Source: a virus
DNA: 64,000 nucleotides
Virus record (IMG/VR): IMGVR_UViG_3300042923_000524
Coordinates: 32,001-96,000 of that record
Strand: one strand, 5' to 3'
Below are positions 38,957 through 48,471 of the stretch, in pieces. Under the pieces are notes generated by a model, which was given only the letters and a program-made list of their open reading frames with translations, was not told the DNA's origin and made no database searches. The position numbers and the translations under genes are program-made. Positions within the stretch are counted from its first letter, which is position 1. Every line of letters starts with the position of its first letter.

Positions 38957-41581
38957 TTATACAGAATTTTTCTTTTTATTGTAATATTCTTTCTGTTTTT
39001 CTCTATTGTATTTTTTCCATTCTTCTTTGCTACAATCTGGACAGTATTTTTTATTTGATGTTGTTTGCTGAATTCTTTCACCGCATTTTTCGCAAGATAT
39101 AGAATCATTAGCAATATTATTTTTTATATTTTCAAGTATTGTATCTCCAAAACATTCCCATAAAGTAGTTTTATAGTTGCTTTGTTTGTGTTTATATAAA
39201 TATTCAACTAGAACATCTACTACATAATTTACATTATCATTTATTTCTAATATTTCTTTTTTTATATCTTGATAGATATATGGTATGTTATTTGTTTCAT
39301 CATCGTCTTCAGAGCAATTAATCATAAAGTGTTTTTTTAAATCCATCTCTTGATATTTATCAATAATGCTATTATCCAACTTAACTCTTTTGTTTTTCAT
39401 TAGTACTTTATAATCAAATTTTCCTAAACCTATAGAATTAAAATTAATTTTGGGATTAGGTATGATTTTCTCTAGTTTGTTTACAACACTATGATTAATC
39501 TTTTCCACTTCTTCTTTCTTCTTGTCTTTGGCATATATAAAGAAGTGTGGCACTTTTGATTTAGTATAATCCGTAATTAGTTTTTTCTTATTCTTTGGTC
39601 TTTCTGGTTTATATAATGTCTTAGCAAAATCTATCGTAAAGTTATTTTCCATACATAATAACTTAATTACATCAATGTCTATGTTCTCACTATTCCATAT
39701 TTTAGTTATGTCGTTGCTAATCATACCAATGTTTCCACCTGTATAAGCAGACTTTAATCCATTATAAATAGTTTGATTGTCAATCTTTTCTGCTGGTGCT
39801 TTTCTCATATTATAATATAAAGGCACTATATCTTTCATATTGCGTTCAGATGCCTCTATAATCGTTTTTTCTGCACACACTAGGCTCTTATCCCCATCGT
39901 TATCAAATTGTAGAATCTTGGAAATTAAATCATGACAACTGGTGTATATAGCATCTGTAGTAAACCATTCACTCTTTTGCTTATCAACTATATTTCTTCT
40001 TACTGCATGCTCACGGAACAAATGAGGTGAACGCAAACAGTCAAGTTTATCTATATTCTTATATATTTTACAGAATACTTCTCCGTCTTCTAATAGACCT
40101 TTTGGATTCTTATCACCTAAAAACAAATATTCACAGAAAGCATATAAATCAGGAGATAGGAATGTGTATACTCCATTTATATCTACTTTTCCAGCTCTGC
40201 CATCTCTAACAATACTCTTTTTTACTTGTTTTAATATTTCTTTACTATATGTGTCATTCAATAATTCTGGATATATCTCTAATGCTTGTTGAATGTAATT
40301 CTTATTTTTATTAGAAGGCACAACGCCTAACACTTTTAACATTGTCTTTTTATCCGAACCAATACTTTTAATATTATGGATAGTTGTTTTAGAAATAGTC
40401 GCTAATTCTTTATCTGTCATATCTGTGAGAGTCTGAAGCATCTGATAGTTAATTTTTGCATTGTTAAAAGTATCTTCTTCCTCATTACATTTACCTGCTT
40501 GACAATTATATTTAATAAATTTATCTATGTAATCTTGCCATGAAGAGTAATATTTGTACATCTTAAATTGACTCTTAGTAAATATTACTTCTATACCATC
40601 TTTTAAAATATCCCATTCTTTTCCGTATATATCAGTAACTTTACTATAATCTTTTCCTTCAGTGTTTTTATTAGCTTCATTAATAAATTTATCAAAAGGA
40701 AAAGACATTAGAAGTCCCTTAATCCAAGGTAATCTCACCATCATGTTTTTCTTTGATTTGCTAGTTAAATACATTCCACAGCCGTCTGTGTGCGTTACAG
40801 GTATATCCATTTGCTTTCTTGTAATCTCATATGTAGTATCATCAATAAAATCAACAACGCCATTAACCATTGTTTCCATATCATCAACTACAATAGACTT
40901 AGTTATATCAAAATCTTCCCATATGTCAGTTGCAGAATTACAAAGAGCTAGATATGCCAAGAATTTATTAATATTAACTCCACCATTATCATTTATATCT
41001 TCAATTGTTAATCCACACATTAAAGTATTTTTATATTTATTGAATATAGATTCTTTTATAAATACTGTTTTCTTTGTTCTTATTTGTCCTGCTGAAGCTG
41101 TAAGACAAATATATTTTTCTCCATTGTGCATATATCCATCTAGTATTATATCTTCAATTACATCAAAGAAATAAGTTTGAACAATCATTATATCTTCATA
41201 TAATTGGTTTTGCTCCATATTTGCAGTTCTAGTTAATACGGAATCAAATACAGATATAATTCTATGTTTATTTAGACAATCTTTATTAAGATTTCTAATT
41301 CCTTTGTGTTTTTCAAACTCAATATATAACTTTTCCTTAGTATGTTTAATTTCTTTATTGGTTTTTTCTAGTAGTAGTTTAATTTTATCATTATGATTTG
41401 ATGCAATCATTTCTCTAATATGCTCTGGTATTAGTTTAAATTTGAATTTATCTCTTTTCTTTACTAATTTCTTGCGATACATATATAAACTATTGAGTCT
41501 TTTATGTATTTTCATTTCATTATCATTATAGAAACATGACGTATCCACTGAATATATATGTATTTGTTTTTTTAAGCTAAT
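38957..41581 (-). CDS. yonO: YonO-type single-subunit DNA-dependent RNA polymerase
   Basis: Catalytic LQFDNDGDK; KFLAYLAL, HTDGCG, RLPWIKG, RSPHL motifs; SPbeta-like context. Proposed ATT start 41581 (track GTG 41548). Confidence 0.9.
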   Translation of the reverse strand: MSLKKQIHIYSVDTSCFYNDNEMKIHKRLNSLYMYRKKLVKKRDKFKFKLIPEHIREMIASNHNDKIKLLLEKTNKEIKHTKEKLYIEFEKHKGIRNLNKDCLNKHRIISVFDSVLTRTANMEQNQLYEDIMIVQTYFFDVIEDIILDGYMHNGEKYICLTASAGQIRTKKTVFIKESIFNKYKNTLMCGLTIEDINDNGGVNINKFLAYLALCNSATDIWEDFDITKSIVVDDMETMVNGVVDFIDDTTYEITRKQMDIPVTHTDGCGMYLTSKSKKNMMVRLPWIKGLLMSFPFDKFINEANKNTEGKDYSKVTDIYGKEWDILKDGIEVIFTKSQFKMYKYYSSWQDYIDKFIKYNCQAGKCNEEEDTFNNAKINYQMLQTLTDMTDKELATISKTTIHNIKSIGSDKKTMLKVLGVVPSNKNKNYIQQALEIYPELLNDTYSKEILKQVKKSIVRDGRAGKVDINGVYTFLSPDLYAFCEYLFLGDKNPKGLLEDGEVFCKIYKNIDKLDCLRSPHLFREHAVRRNIVDKQKSEWFTTDAIYTSCHDLISKILQFDNDGDKSLVCAEKTIIEASERNMKDIVPLYYNMRKAPAEKIDNQTIYNGLKSAYTGGNIGMISNDITKIWNSENIDIDVIKLLCMENNFTIDFAKTLYKPERPKNKKKLITDYTKSKVPHFFIYAKDKKKEEVEKINHSVVNKLEKIIPNPKINFNSIGLGKFDYKVLMKNKRVKLDNSIIDKYQEMDLKKHFMINCSEDDDETNNIPYIYQDIKKEILEINDNVNYVVDVLVEYLYKHKQSNYKTTLWECFGDTILENIKNNIANDSISCEKCGERIQQTTSNKKYCPDCSKEEWKKYNREKQKEYYNKKKNSV

Positions 41582-41624
41582 AACTACCCCTCCTGTCTTT
41601 AGTTATATTATATTAATCCTAACC

Positions 41625-41783
41625 CTACTCAACCTTCTCAAAACAAATTCCACCACACATCCTACATTGTTCTGGAATTTCTCTACCCAAAGTGCTATAA
41701 AACTTAGTATGACAATTTGAACACTCCCAAGTTTTAGAAGTATTTTTTCTAAATGTAAATATTTTATTTAAAAATCTATTCAT
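41625..41783 (-). CDS. Small Zn-ribbon protein (52 aa)
   Basis: Hand translation: WECSNC..EQCRMCGG; RBS AAGGAG. Confidence 0.6.
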   Translation of the reverse strand: MNRFLNKIFTFRKNTSKTWECSNCHTKFYSTLGREIPEQCRMCGGICFEKVE

Positions 41784-41809
41784 TTATTTTATATTCTCCT
41801 TTTATTAAT

Positions 41810-42025
41810 TTAAATTGTCCAATCTTTTTTAGGTGTTATTATTTCAAGACTTTGCCAACCTTTAGGTATAATATATAATATTCCATTAGTTGTCTTTAAT
41901 CTATGATTACCTGAATCACTAACAAAGAATTCTGCTACATTCTTGATTGTTAATTTTCTATACCAAAATAAAAATGGAAAATAGTAAATTCTATCCTGAC
42001 ATCCAACATTTGTTGATTCCTTCAT
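41810..42025 (-). CDS. Hypothetical protein
   Basis: ORF with RBS. Confidence 0.55.
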   Translation of the reverse strand: MKESTNVGCQDRIYYFPFLFWYRKLTIKNVAEFFVSDSGNHRLKTTNGILYIIPKGWQSLEIITPKKDWTI

Positions 42026-42064
42026 TTATATTCTCCTTTCCATCAAATTGAAATTCTATTGTAA

Positions 42065-42298
42065 TTATAAATTTGAATTAAAACCTGTTTTTATATTATC
42101 TATAATGTAATCTATAAACAATTTACTTGGATTAAATGTTTCTTCAATAAAACCATTTAAATCATGATTGTTTAACAATGCAAATATTGCAAATACTGGT
42201 ATTATAATTATCATTATTATCAAACAGGGTATAGATAATATTGTACAAATTATATTTCTAATTCTTTTATACATATTCTCTCCTTTCAAAATCCCCAT
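42065..42298 (-). CDS. Small membrane protein
   Basis: Hydrophobic stretch. Confidence 0.55.
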   Translation of the reverse strand: MGILKGENMYKRIRNIICTILSIPCLIIMIIIIPVFAIFALLNNHDLNGFIEETFNPSKLFIDYIIDNIKTGFNSNL

Positions 42299-42321
42299 AA
42301 ATTTCGCATTCTAAAGTCATT

Positions 42322-42909
42322 TTAATCAATTTTAATAACTTTATCATCTTTAGTATTCATAATATAAAAAGGTCTTTTGACTCCACACCCATGCTTCTCA
42401 GATGCTTCTAATCCCTCTTTTATTCTATCTATAGTACTTTTATCCTTATTCTGTGATAAAACAGCCATAGCAAATTGTTTTCCAGAGCCACTAGTTACAT
42501 AATCATCTTCTGATTCTAAAACTTGACCATTGTTTTCTATTATGTATAATTGATTTTTATAGGCAAGAATTATATCACCATTTATACTTTCATATCCGTC
42601 TTTATATGTGGTACATCTATAATCCCTAGCCAAACTCATTATTTTAGTTGCTGTATGCTTAAAAATATGTTCAATATTAACTTCGTTCTTCAAATGTTTA
42701 ATTTCACTAATTAAACCATCTTCAGTAGAAAGTATATTTTGTAACTTATAATCTCCGCATATAGCCATTAAAACATTTGAATTATCTTTTGCTTTAAATA
42801 CTTTCTTGTTTTTAAATAGTTGCTGACAATATCCATTAGAACCTAATGAATCTGCACCTATGTATACACAATCTTGTTCTTTATCAAATACCCCTATAAT
42901 ACAAGTCAC
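42322..42909 (-). CDS. Ntn-hydrolase / proteasome-beta (HslV-like) protein
   Basis: N-terminal (M)TCIIG, GADS, K, later GSG motif. Confidence 0.65.
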   Translation of the reverse strand: MTCIIGVFDKEQDCVYIGADSLGSNGYCQQLFKNKKVFKAKDNSNVLMAICGDYKLQNILSTEDGLISEIKHLKNEVNIEHIFKHTATKIMSLARDYRCTTYKDGYESINGDIILAYKNQLYIIENNGQVLESEDDYVTSGSGKQFAMAVLSQNKDKSTIDRIKEGLEASEKHGCGVKRPFYIMNTKDDKVIKID

Positions 42910-42921
42910 TTATTAATCCTC

Positions 42922-43131
42922 CTATATCTCCGCACATTTCACAGCATAAATATTATATTTTACTTTACAAACTTGGCAAATATATGTATCTTTCTCAATA
43001 TCTAAATAAATTCTATTTACATTACTCATATCTCTACCACATATACTGCAACTCTCCCAAACATCACTGTATACTTTGTTATTAACTCTGTTGTTCATCT
43101 CTTGACTCATCCTCTTGATTTCCTTTCTCAT
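42922..43131 (-). CDS. Small Zn-finger protein
   Basis: CSICG..YICQVC. Confidence 0.5.
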   Translation of the reverse strand: MRKEIKRMSQEMNNRVNNKVYSDVWESCSICGRDMSNVNRIYLDIEKDTYICQVCKVKYNIYAVKCAEI

Positions 43132-43594
43132 CTACGATTACTTCCTCTTTGTGAACTGTATTTATTTTTATATTAATTATTACATCTGTATTATAAAATA
43201 ATATTGTTTCTAAATCAGTATCTAGTGTACTAAATCCATTGCCGATTTTTTCAACTAAATAAAATTTCTCTATCTTATTCTCAAATCTTCTTATTAGCTT
43301 TCCTGTGCCTTCAAATATAATATTATTTAAATCTGATATACTAATATGTATTGGTTGCTTAGTTACGCTATACAGATGAATTCCAAGTGTCTCATTTATA
43401 TCAACACTTTCAGGTAGTTTACTATTATATAAGTGATATTCTATCTTATCTATTCTATTCTTCAGCATCAGTACCCCTGTCTTGTTTAATCCTTTAACTG
43501 GCTCATCTTCTGAATCTAGTGTTGGTATAACCATTTCATAAGATTTAGTATCTATATTCTTATTCATATATCTTTCTATGTATTGATTGTTCAT
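43082..43594 (-). CDS. Hypothetical protein
   Basis: ORF track; RBS GGAGG. Confidence 0.6.
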   Translation of the reverse strand: MNNQYIERYMNKNIDTKSYEMVIPTLDSEDEPVKGLNKTGVLMLKNRIDKIEYHLYNSKLPESVDINETLGIHLYSVTKQPIHISISDLNNIIFEGTGKLIRRFENKIEKFYLVEKIGNGFSTLDTDLETILFYNTDVIINIKINTVHKEEVIVDEKGNQEDESRDEQQS

Positions 43595-43830
43595 TCTTTA
43601 TGATACCTCCATATATTTTGTTGTTTTAGTTATATTTATTAATTTTATATTTGTCATTATATAACTTTTGTAAAAGAAATCCTTAAATTCACAACTTTGT
43701 CGTGCTGACCACCTCCTTATAAATTAATTATAGCACGATTGTAGTGGAAGTCAATATGTAATTTTATATTTGTTATTAGTTAATTTTTACTTGATTAATT
43801 TGGAAATAAATTACAGTCCACACCCCCATT

Positions 43831-43900
43831 TCCACCTCTGGATATCCACCGTATGGAAACCCACATATGGAACTCCATAGTATGGAACTCCACCTCTGGA
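43831..43900. repeat. Five iteron-like palindromic repeats (T/C)CCA-N4/5-TGGA at 14/15-bp period, flanked by an AT-rich tract (candidate replication origin)
   Basis: Units start at 43831, 43845, 43860, 43874 and 43889; first and last are identical (TCCACCTCTGGA); AT-rich ACTAA(C)AATAA tract at about 43910-43985. Confidence 0.75.
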
Positions 43901-44038
43901 AAATGGCGTACTACTAATAATAATATAAACTAAAAATAATTAGACTAACAATAATATAACTAACAATAAGAAATTAAAAATAATGTTAATTTTCTGACCG
44001 CCAAAAGGCGTTTAGTATTGACTTTCTTTTTCACATTT

Positions 44039-44362
44039 TTATTCGTCATCCAAAATCTGTTCTTTCACTTTTCTAGTTTCGTAAATTTCATATGGATAAC
44101 TAAATCTACCATCTATTCTATTTTTGATTTTATCTCTTTCTACATATCCTGATTCAATTAACTCTTTCATTATCTTAGAAATACCCTTTACACCACAATT
44201 AAAGTGTTTTGCTATTTCTGTTTCATAAAATTGCCAATCATCAGGTTGAGATAATAAATACAACATTATTCCTTTTGCTTGAGGGGATAGTGTATGGTCG
44301 TTTATTAAGTCTTTATGTATTTGAACAAAATTGCCTTTTTCTTTTTCAGCTCTATATATCAT
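44039..44362 (-). CDS. Replication-initiator-type winged-HTH protein (N-terminal domain only)
   Basis: NFVQIH..D..LS.QAKG..LYLLS.PDDW.FY..EI..KELI..GY..R..G.F..YEIYE. Confidence 0.75.
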   Translation of the reverse strand: MIYRAEKEKGNFVQIHKDLINDHTLSPQAKGIMLYLLSQPDDWQFYETEIAKHFNCGVKGISKIMKELIESGYVERDKIKNRIDGRFSYPYEIYETRKVKEQILDDE

Positions 44363-44456
44363 TTAAACTTTTTTCACCTCCTACATTAATTCTATCATGG
44401 TTATTTTGTTTGTCAACACCTAATTTTATATTTGTTTTTATAAACTTATATTTTGA

Positions 44457-44663
44457 TTAATCTCCTTCCTTAATAAACTCAACTATGTCCCCTATTTCAC
44501 ATCCTAAATAAACACATAACTTTTCTATAGTCTCCAATGTTAGGTTTTCATTATTATTTATCTTTGTTACTATCTTAAAACTTAATCCAGATTCTTTGCA
44601 AACCGTACTAAGTTTTAATCTTCTATCTACAAGCAAATGTAATAGTTTGTTATAACTTATCAT
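44457..44663 (-). CDS. Cro/C1-type HTH regulator (HTH_26-like)
   Basis: ISYNKL..LETIEKLC..L.C.IGDIVEF. Confidence 0.85.
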   Translation of the reverse strand: MISYNKLLHLLVDRRLKLSTVCKESGLSFKIVTKINNNENLTLETIEKLCVYLGCEIGDIVEFIKEGD

Positions 44664-44736
44664 TAATATTCACCTCTATACCATTATATGCTAAAGGTAG
44701 TGAAAAATAAATATAGGAAAAATATTATATTTATGG

Positions 44737-44765
44737 TTGCAATATTAACCGATAGGTAATATAAT
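44737..44765 (+). promoter_or_regulatory. SigmaA promoter of the parM operon
   Basis: TTGCAA-17-TATAAT. Confidence 0.65.
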
Positions 44766-44875
44766 AAGAGCATAAGGTATTACTTTTGACATACAAAACA
44801 TTAAACTAAAACTCAAAACAAAAGAAAAACCATAAAAAGTGTTACAAATAACATACTTAAAAGGAGAGTGAAACA

Positions 44876-45805
44876 ATGTATGCTAGTATTGATTTAGGTA
44901 CAACAAGAATAAAAGACCATCTAGGTAATTGTTATGCGTCTGGAATATCAGAGAGAGTTTACGACATGGCAAATTATGTTATGACACTAGAAGGTAAAAA
45001 ATATACAATGGAATTATTTCATGAGAAAGCAATATACGATGTAAATAGTAATAAAGCTTTAAATACTAATGCTAGATTAAACTACTTATATGCTTTACAC
45101 AAAATTACTAATGGTGATATGGGTATATATAAAGATGTTGTTGTACCCCTACCAGCAAAACAATATGAAAATGAAGAATCTGTAGCAATGTATAAGAAAC
45201 TTCTTACATTAGATAATTCAATAATGGTTGATGTAAATGGAAATACAAAAGAAATATATGTTGATAGTGTAGGAATTGTACCAGAGGATTTTCCAGCTTA
45301 CTATACAGAAGAAATAAATACTGAACGTTTTGGAAATGCAAAAACTCTATTAATTGGAATTGGTGGATTTAATTCAAATCAATACCTAATAAAGAATGGG
45401 GATATAATAAAATCTGACTCAGACGAACAGGGTTGTTTACAGTTATTTAGTGACATTGCAAGCATTATAAACAGTAAATATAATTCTAATATAAGTCTTG
45501 AAGAAGTGTATAGTACTTTAACTAAAGGATTATTTTACAAAGGTGAATATATTGATATTTTACCAATTGCTAAAGAACCTATAATGGAATATTGTAAGAA
45601 ATTTTATAATAAACTCAAACTTAAATTTTCTGTAGATACCGTGCCTTTTGTTCCTTGCGTGGGAGGCGGTAGCATATTTTTAACAGAATATTTACGTGAA
45701 TATATCCCCCACTTAGAGTTAATTAAAAATGCACAGAATGTTGCTGCTAAAGGTATGAGATATATGTTAGGTGTAGATGAATTACAGGATGTGGTTAATT
45801 TATGA
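44876..45805 (+). CDS. parM: ParM/StbA actin-like partition ATPase
   Basis: IDLG.T.IK phosphate-1; V.PE..AY; IGIGG..N; GGGS; AKGM. Confidence 0.85.
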   Translation: MYASIDLGTTRIKDHLGNCYASGISERVYDMANYVMTLEGKKYTMELFHEKAIYDVNSNKALNTNARLNYLYALHKITNGDMGIYKDVVVPLPAKQYENEESVAMYKKLLTLDNSIMVDVNGNTKEIYVDSVGIVPEDFPAYYTEEINTERFGNAKTLLIGIGGFNSNQYLIKNGDIIKSDSDEQGCLQLFSDIASIINSKYNSNISLEEVYSTLTKGLFYKGEYIDILPIAKEPIMEYCKKFYNKLKLKFSVDTVPFVPCVGGGSIFLTEYLREYIPHLELIKNAQNVAAKGMRYMLGVDELQDVVNL

Positions 45806-46017
45806 GCTGGAGGAGAAGTTTATCATTTTCAACAGATGAAGAGGATTTAAAGAATCACTTTGATACAGGTGGGAGAAGTGATTTTGCTAAAGAAGCTATG
45901 AAATTCTTTATTAAGTTTAGAGATAAGGTTTTTATTGTTCCAGATGGAATGAGTTTTAATCATTCACCCAAAACAGCACAAATACCAAAGAATAATATTA
46001 AGAAATTTATCAAATAA
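45802..46017 (+). CDS. ParR-like ribbon-helix-helix adaptor
   Basis: Overlaps the parM stop; RSLSF..RSDFAKEAM. Confidence 0.6.
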   Translation: MSWRRSLSFSTDEEDLKNHFDTGGRSDFAKEAMKFFIKFRDKVFIVPDGMSFNHSPKTAQIPKNNIKKFIK

Positions 46018-46167
46018 TACTAATAATTAACATAATTACCTATATAAAATACTTCTGATGAAATAATTGATTACAAAAGACTTAAAGAACGCATTAAGAG
46101 TCTAATCAATAGTTTTATTAGGAGTATTTTTATTATAATCATTTGCTTAAAATAGGAGGGATATGAA

Positions 46168-46347
46168 TTGGAAGTGATAGGTGCATTTATATATACTTAT
46201 TTAGAATATGTTGTTGGTGGGGTTGGGGCAGTAGGATTTATAGGGTATATGTTGACTAGAAAAACACATGACCATTCAAATGATTTAACCCCTTATGTAG
46301 TAAAATTGGGTAGACAAAAAGATGCTATTACTAAACAAACAAAATAA
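46168..46347 (+). CDS. Small membrane protein (59 aa) heading the FtsK operon
   Basis: TTG start after AGGAGGG; MEVIGAFIYTYLEYVVGGVGAVGFIGYML.. Confidence 0.55.
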   Translation: MEVIGAFIYTYLEYVVGGVGAVGFIGYMLTRKTHDHSNDLTPYVVKLGRQKDAITKQTK

Positions 46348-46363
46348 AGTGAGGTAGTGTATT

Positions 46364-47752
46364 ATGGCAAACCCATTAGCAAAAACAAATTTGAAATCTA
46401 AATTAACTAAAGAGGATATTCTAAATCAGAAAAAATATATAAAAGCAAAAAACGAATTCAAAGAAAAATTCTACAGATTAATGTTTGAGTTAGGTTTGTA
46501 CAATAAATTCAATAAAACTTATTTCTTACAGATAATGAATGAAACTAATTATGGATTTTATGCTCAGTTGTATCTTGTAGATGGTCTTTCGTTTAAACAA
46601 CTTCAACAAAAAATAGGTGAATTACAGGAGGGATTATGTTGTATTTGGATAATGCAGACTAAACAATTTGAGAATTATGCTTCAGTAAAGATAGTTACTC
46701 AACCTTTAGATGAAAACTTACCATTTGAAAATCCAAAGATTAAACCACATCAAATGTATCTAGGTATGAGTTTTTCAATGAAACCTATAATCATAGACGT
46801 TGTGTTAAACTGCATGATGCTCTGTGGAGGTGCTACAAACAAAGGAAAAACTAGATGGATATATTGTGTATTACTTAGTTGGATTTTAGGATGTAAACCT
46901 TCAGAAGTTGAATTATATATTTCAGATATTGCAAAGGATGAATACGTACTATTTAAGAATGTTAAACATGTTAAGTGTTATGCCAATGAATTGGAACAAT
47001 TATACAATATGGTACATGAATTAAAACGTAAGTTTGAAGAAAGAAAAGTATTAATTAGTAAATATAGAGAGACAGGTGAAGCGACTAATATATGGGAATA
47101 CAATCTAATTAGTAAAAACAAATTATCATATGTTTATTATGTTATAGATGAATTATCAGTGTTAATGCCTGATAAAACTGACAGTGAAGATGAAAAAGAC
47201 ATGAAAGGCGAAATACTAGCTATTTCAAAAATGCTAGAAAAGACCGCTAGAGCATTAGGTATATATGTATTATGTGCGACACAAAAAACTACTAAAGAAG
47301 AAATGCCAAGTATTATTAAAAATATGTCAGCCGTAAGAGTAAGTTTCGGAGCGAATGATGCAGTATCTTCAGAAGTTATTATGGGAGACTCCAGTGCAGT
47401 AGGGTTGCAACAGAGATATGCTGTCTACTCTTTAAATGGCGGTGAGAAGAAAGATTATTTGTTTAGTCCTTACCTAACCACAGATATGTTAAAAATGTTA
47501 CTAGAGCCGTATAAAACAAATAAAACAGAATTAAACAAACCTAATCCAATAAAAGAAATACCAACTATTGAAACTCTAGATTTACCGAAACAAATGATTC
47601 CTTATAATCAAAATTCAAATTATACACTTCAGCCTATTATATGGAAATTAGATGCAAAGTTTAGACCATATAAAAAGCAGGATGTGGAAATTGTAGAAAT
47701 GCCTAAACCACTATTTCATAATAATGGAGATGATGATTGCATTGATTACTGA
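46364..47752 (+). CDS. FtsK/SpoIIIE-family DNA translocase ATPase
   Basis: Walker A GATNKGKT, Walker B VIDEL, ATQK, RVSF..S. Confidence 0.9.
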   Translation: MANPLAKTNLKSKLTKEDILNQKKYIKAKNEFKEKFYRLMFELGLYNKFNKTYFLQIMNETNYGFYAQLYLVDGLSFKQLQQKIGELQEGLCCIWIMQTKQFENYASVKIVTQPLDENLPFENPKIKPHQMYLGMSFSMKPIIIDVVLNCMMLCGGATNKGKTRWIYCVLLSWILGCKPSEVELYISDIAKDEYVLFKNVKHVKCYANELEQLYNMVHELKRKFEERKVLISKYRETGEATNIWEYNLISKNKLSYVYYVIDELSVLMPDKTDSEDEKDMKGEILAISKMLEKTARALGIYVLCATQKTTKEEMPSIIKNMSAVRVSFGANDAVSSEVIMGDSSAVGLQQRYAVYSLNGGEKKDYLFSPYLTTDMLKMLLEPYKTNKTELNKPNPIKEIPTIETLDLPKQMIPYNQNSNYTLQPIIWKLDAKFRPYKKQDVEIVEMPKPLFHNNGDDDCIDY

Positions 47753-48362
47753 TAAAGATTATTTAATCATACGCTATTTAGAAAAGTATAAATTTTGTAC
47801 CATAGGACAATTAGAGAAAATTTTCTACAGAGAACAACAATACAGTTACAATATTGTGAGAAAAAGACTTGAAGAAATGATTAAGGCTAAATATATTAAA
47901 GAACCTGTTAAGAATCTTGAAACTAATAAGAATGTTTATATTTACAATGACAAAGATTTAAAACCACCTAATCACCATAGATTAATCCTTTTAGATTTAC
48001 TTGCAGAGATGATATATTCAGGATTTAATGTAGAACAATTTGAAATTGAAAAATCATGGGCAGATGGAAAATTTCGTTCAGATGCTTTTGCAGTATTTAC
48101 AATTCCTGATGGTTTTGGTTCTACAAAGAAAAGAAAATATCACTTTTTTATAGAAGTGCAATTATCAAACAACTATCACAACTTGAACAAATATGATGAA
48201 CTTTATAAAACCTATGCTGTTCAAAATTATTTAAACAAAGACTTTTATCCTAATAAGATATTATTAATCTCTGACAAAACTTATCCAAAGATAGAGTTAC
48301 AACATGCTCAAGTAATACAACTAGATACTAAGTTAAGTTTATTTCCAATCATACTTTTATAG
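47724..48362 (+). CDS. Replication-relaxation (Replic_Relax) family protein
   Basis: ITDKD..I..RKRL..HH.L..D..RSDAF..FFIEVQ; follows FtsK. Confidence 0.75.
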   Translation: MEMMIALITDKDYLIIRYLEKYKFCTIGQLEKIFYREQQYSYNIVRKRLEEMIKAKYIKEPVKNLETNKNVYIYNDKDLKPPNHHRLILLDLLAEMIYSGFNVEQFEIEKSWADGKFRSDAFAVFTIPDGFGSTKKRKYHFFIEVQLSNNYHNLNKYDELYKTYAVQNYLNKDFYPNKILLISDKTYPKIELQHAQVIQLDTKLSLFPIILL

Positions 48363-48471
48363 TAAATATTGTAGCAAATACTGTAGTTTTATATGGTTGT
48401 TAACTACTAGATAATAAGGTATGTGGACATTGGGAATATGAATAGGGACAATAAATCAATAGTAATAGCGA

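Noticed and set aside
38926-39114. 62-aa minus-strand ORF
   Set aside because: Overlaps the RNAP C-terminus in another frame, with no RBS
1234-40209. Many short plus-strand ORFs in the track overlapping minus-strand genes (e.g. 1234-1452, 3559-3756, 4853-5095, 9591-9818, 13060-13569, 23902-24195, 29050-29328, 37446-37676)
   Set aside because: Antisense shadows of long, motif-supported genes; no RBS; atypical composition
46055-46100. CTGATGA hammerhead-like core
   Set aside because: No stem II followed by GAAA; the motif is buried in a long hairpin
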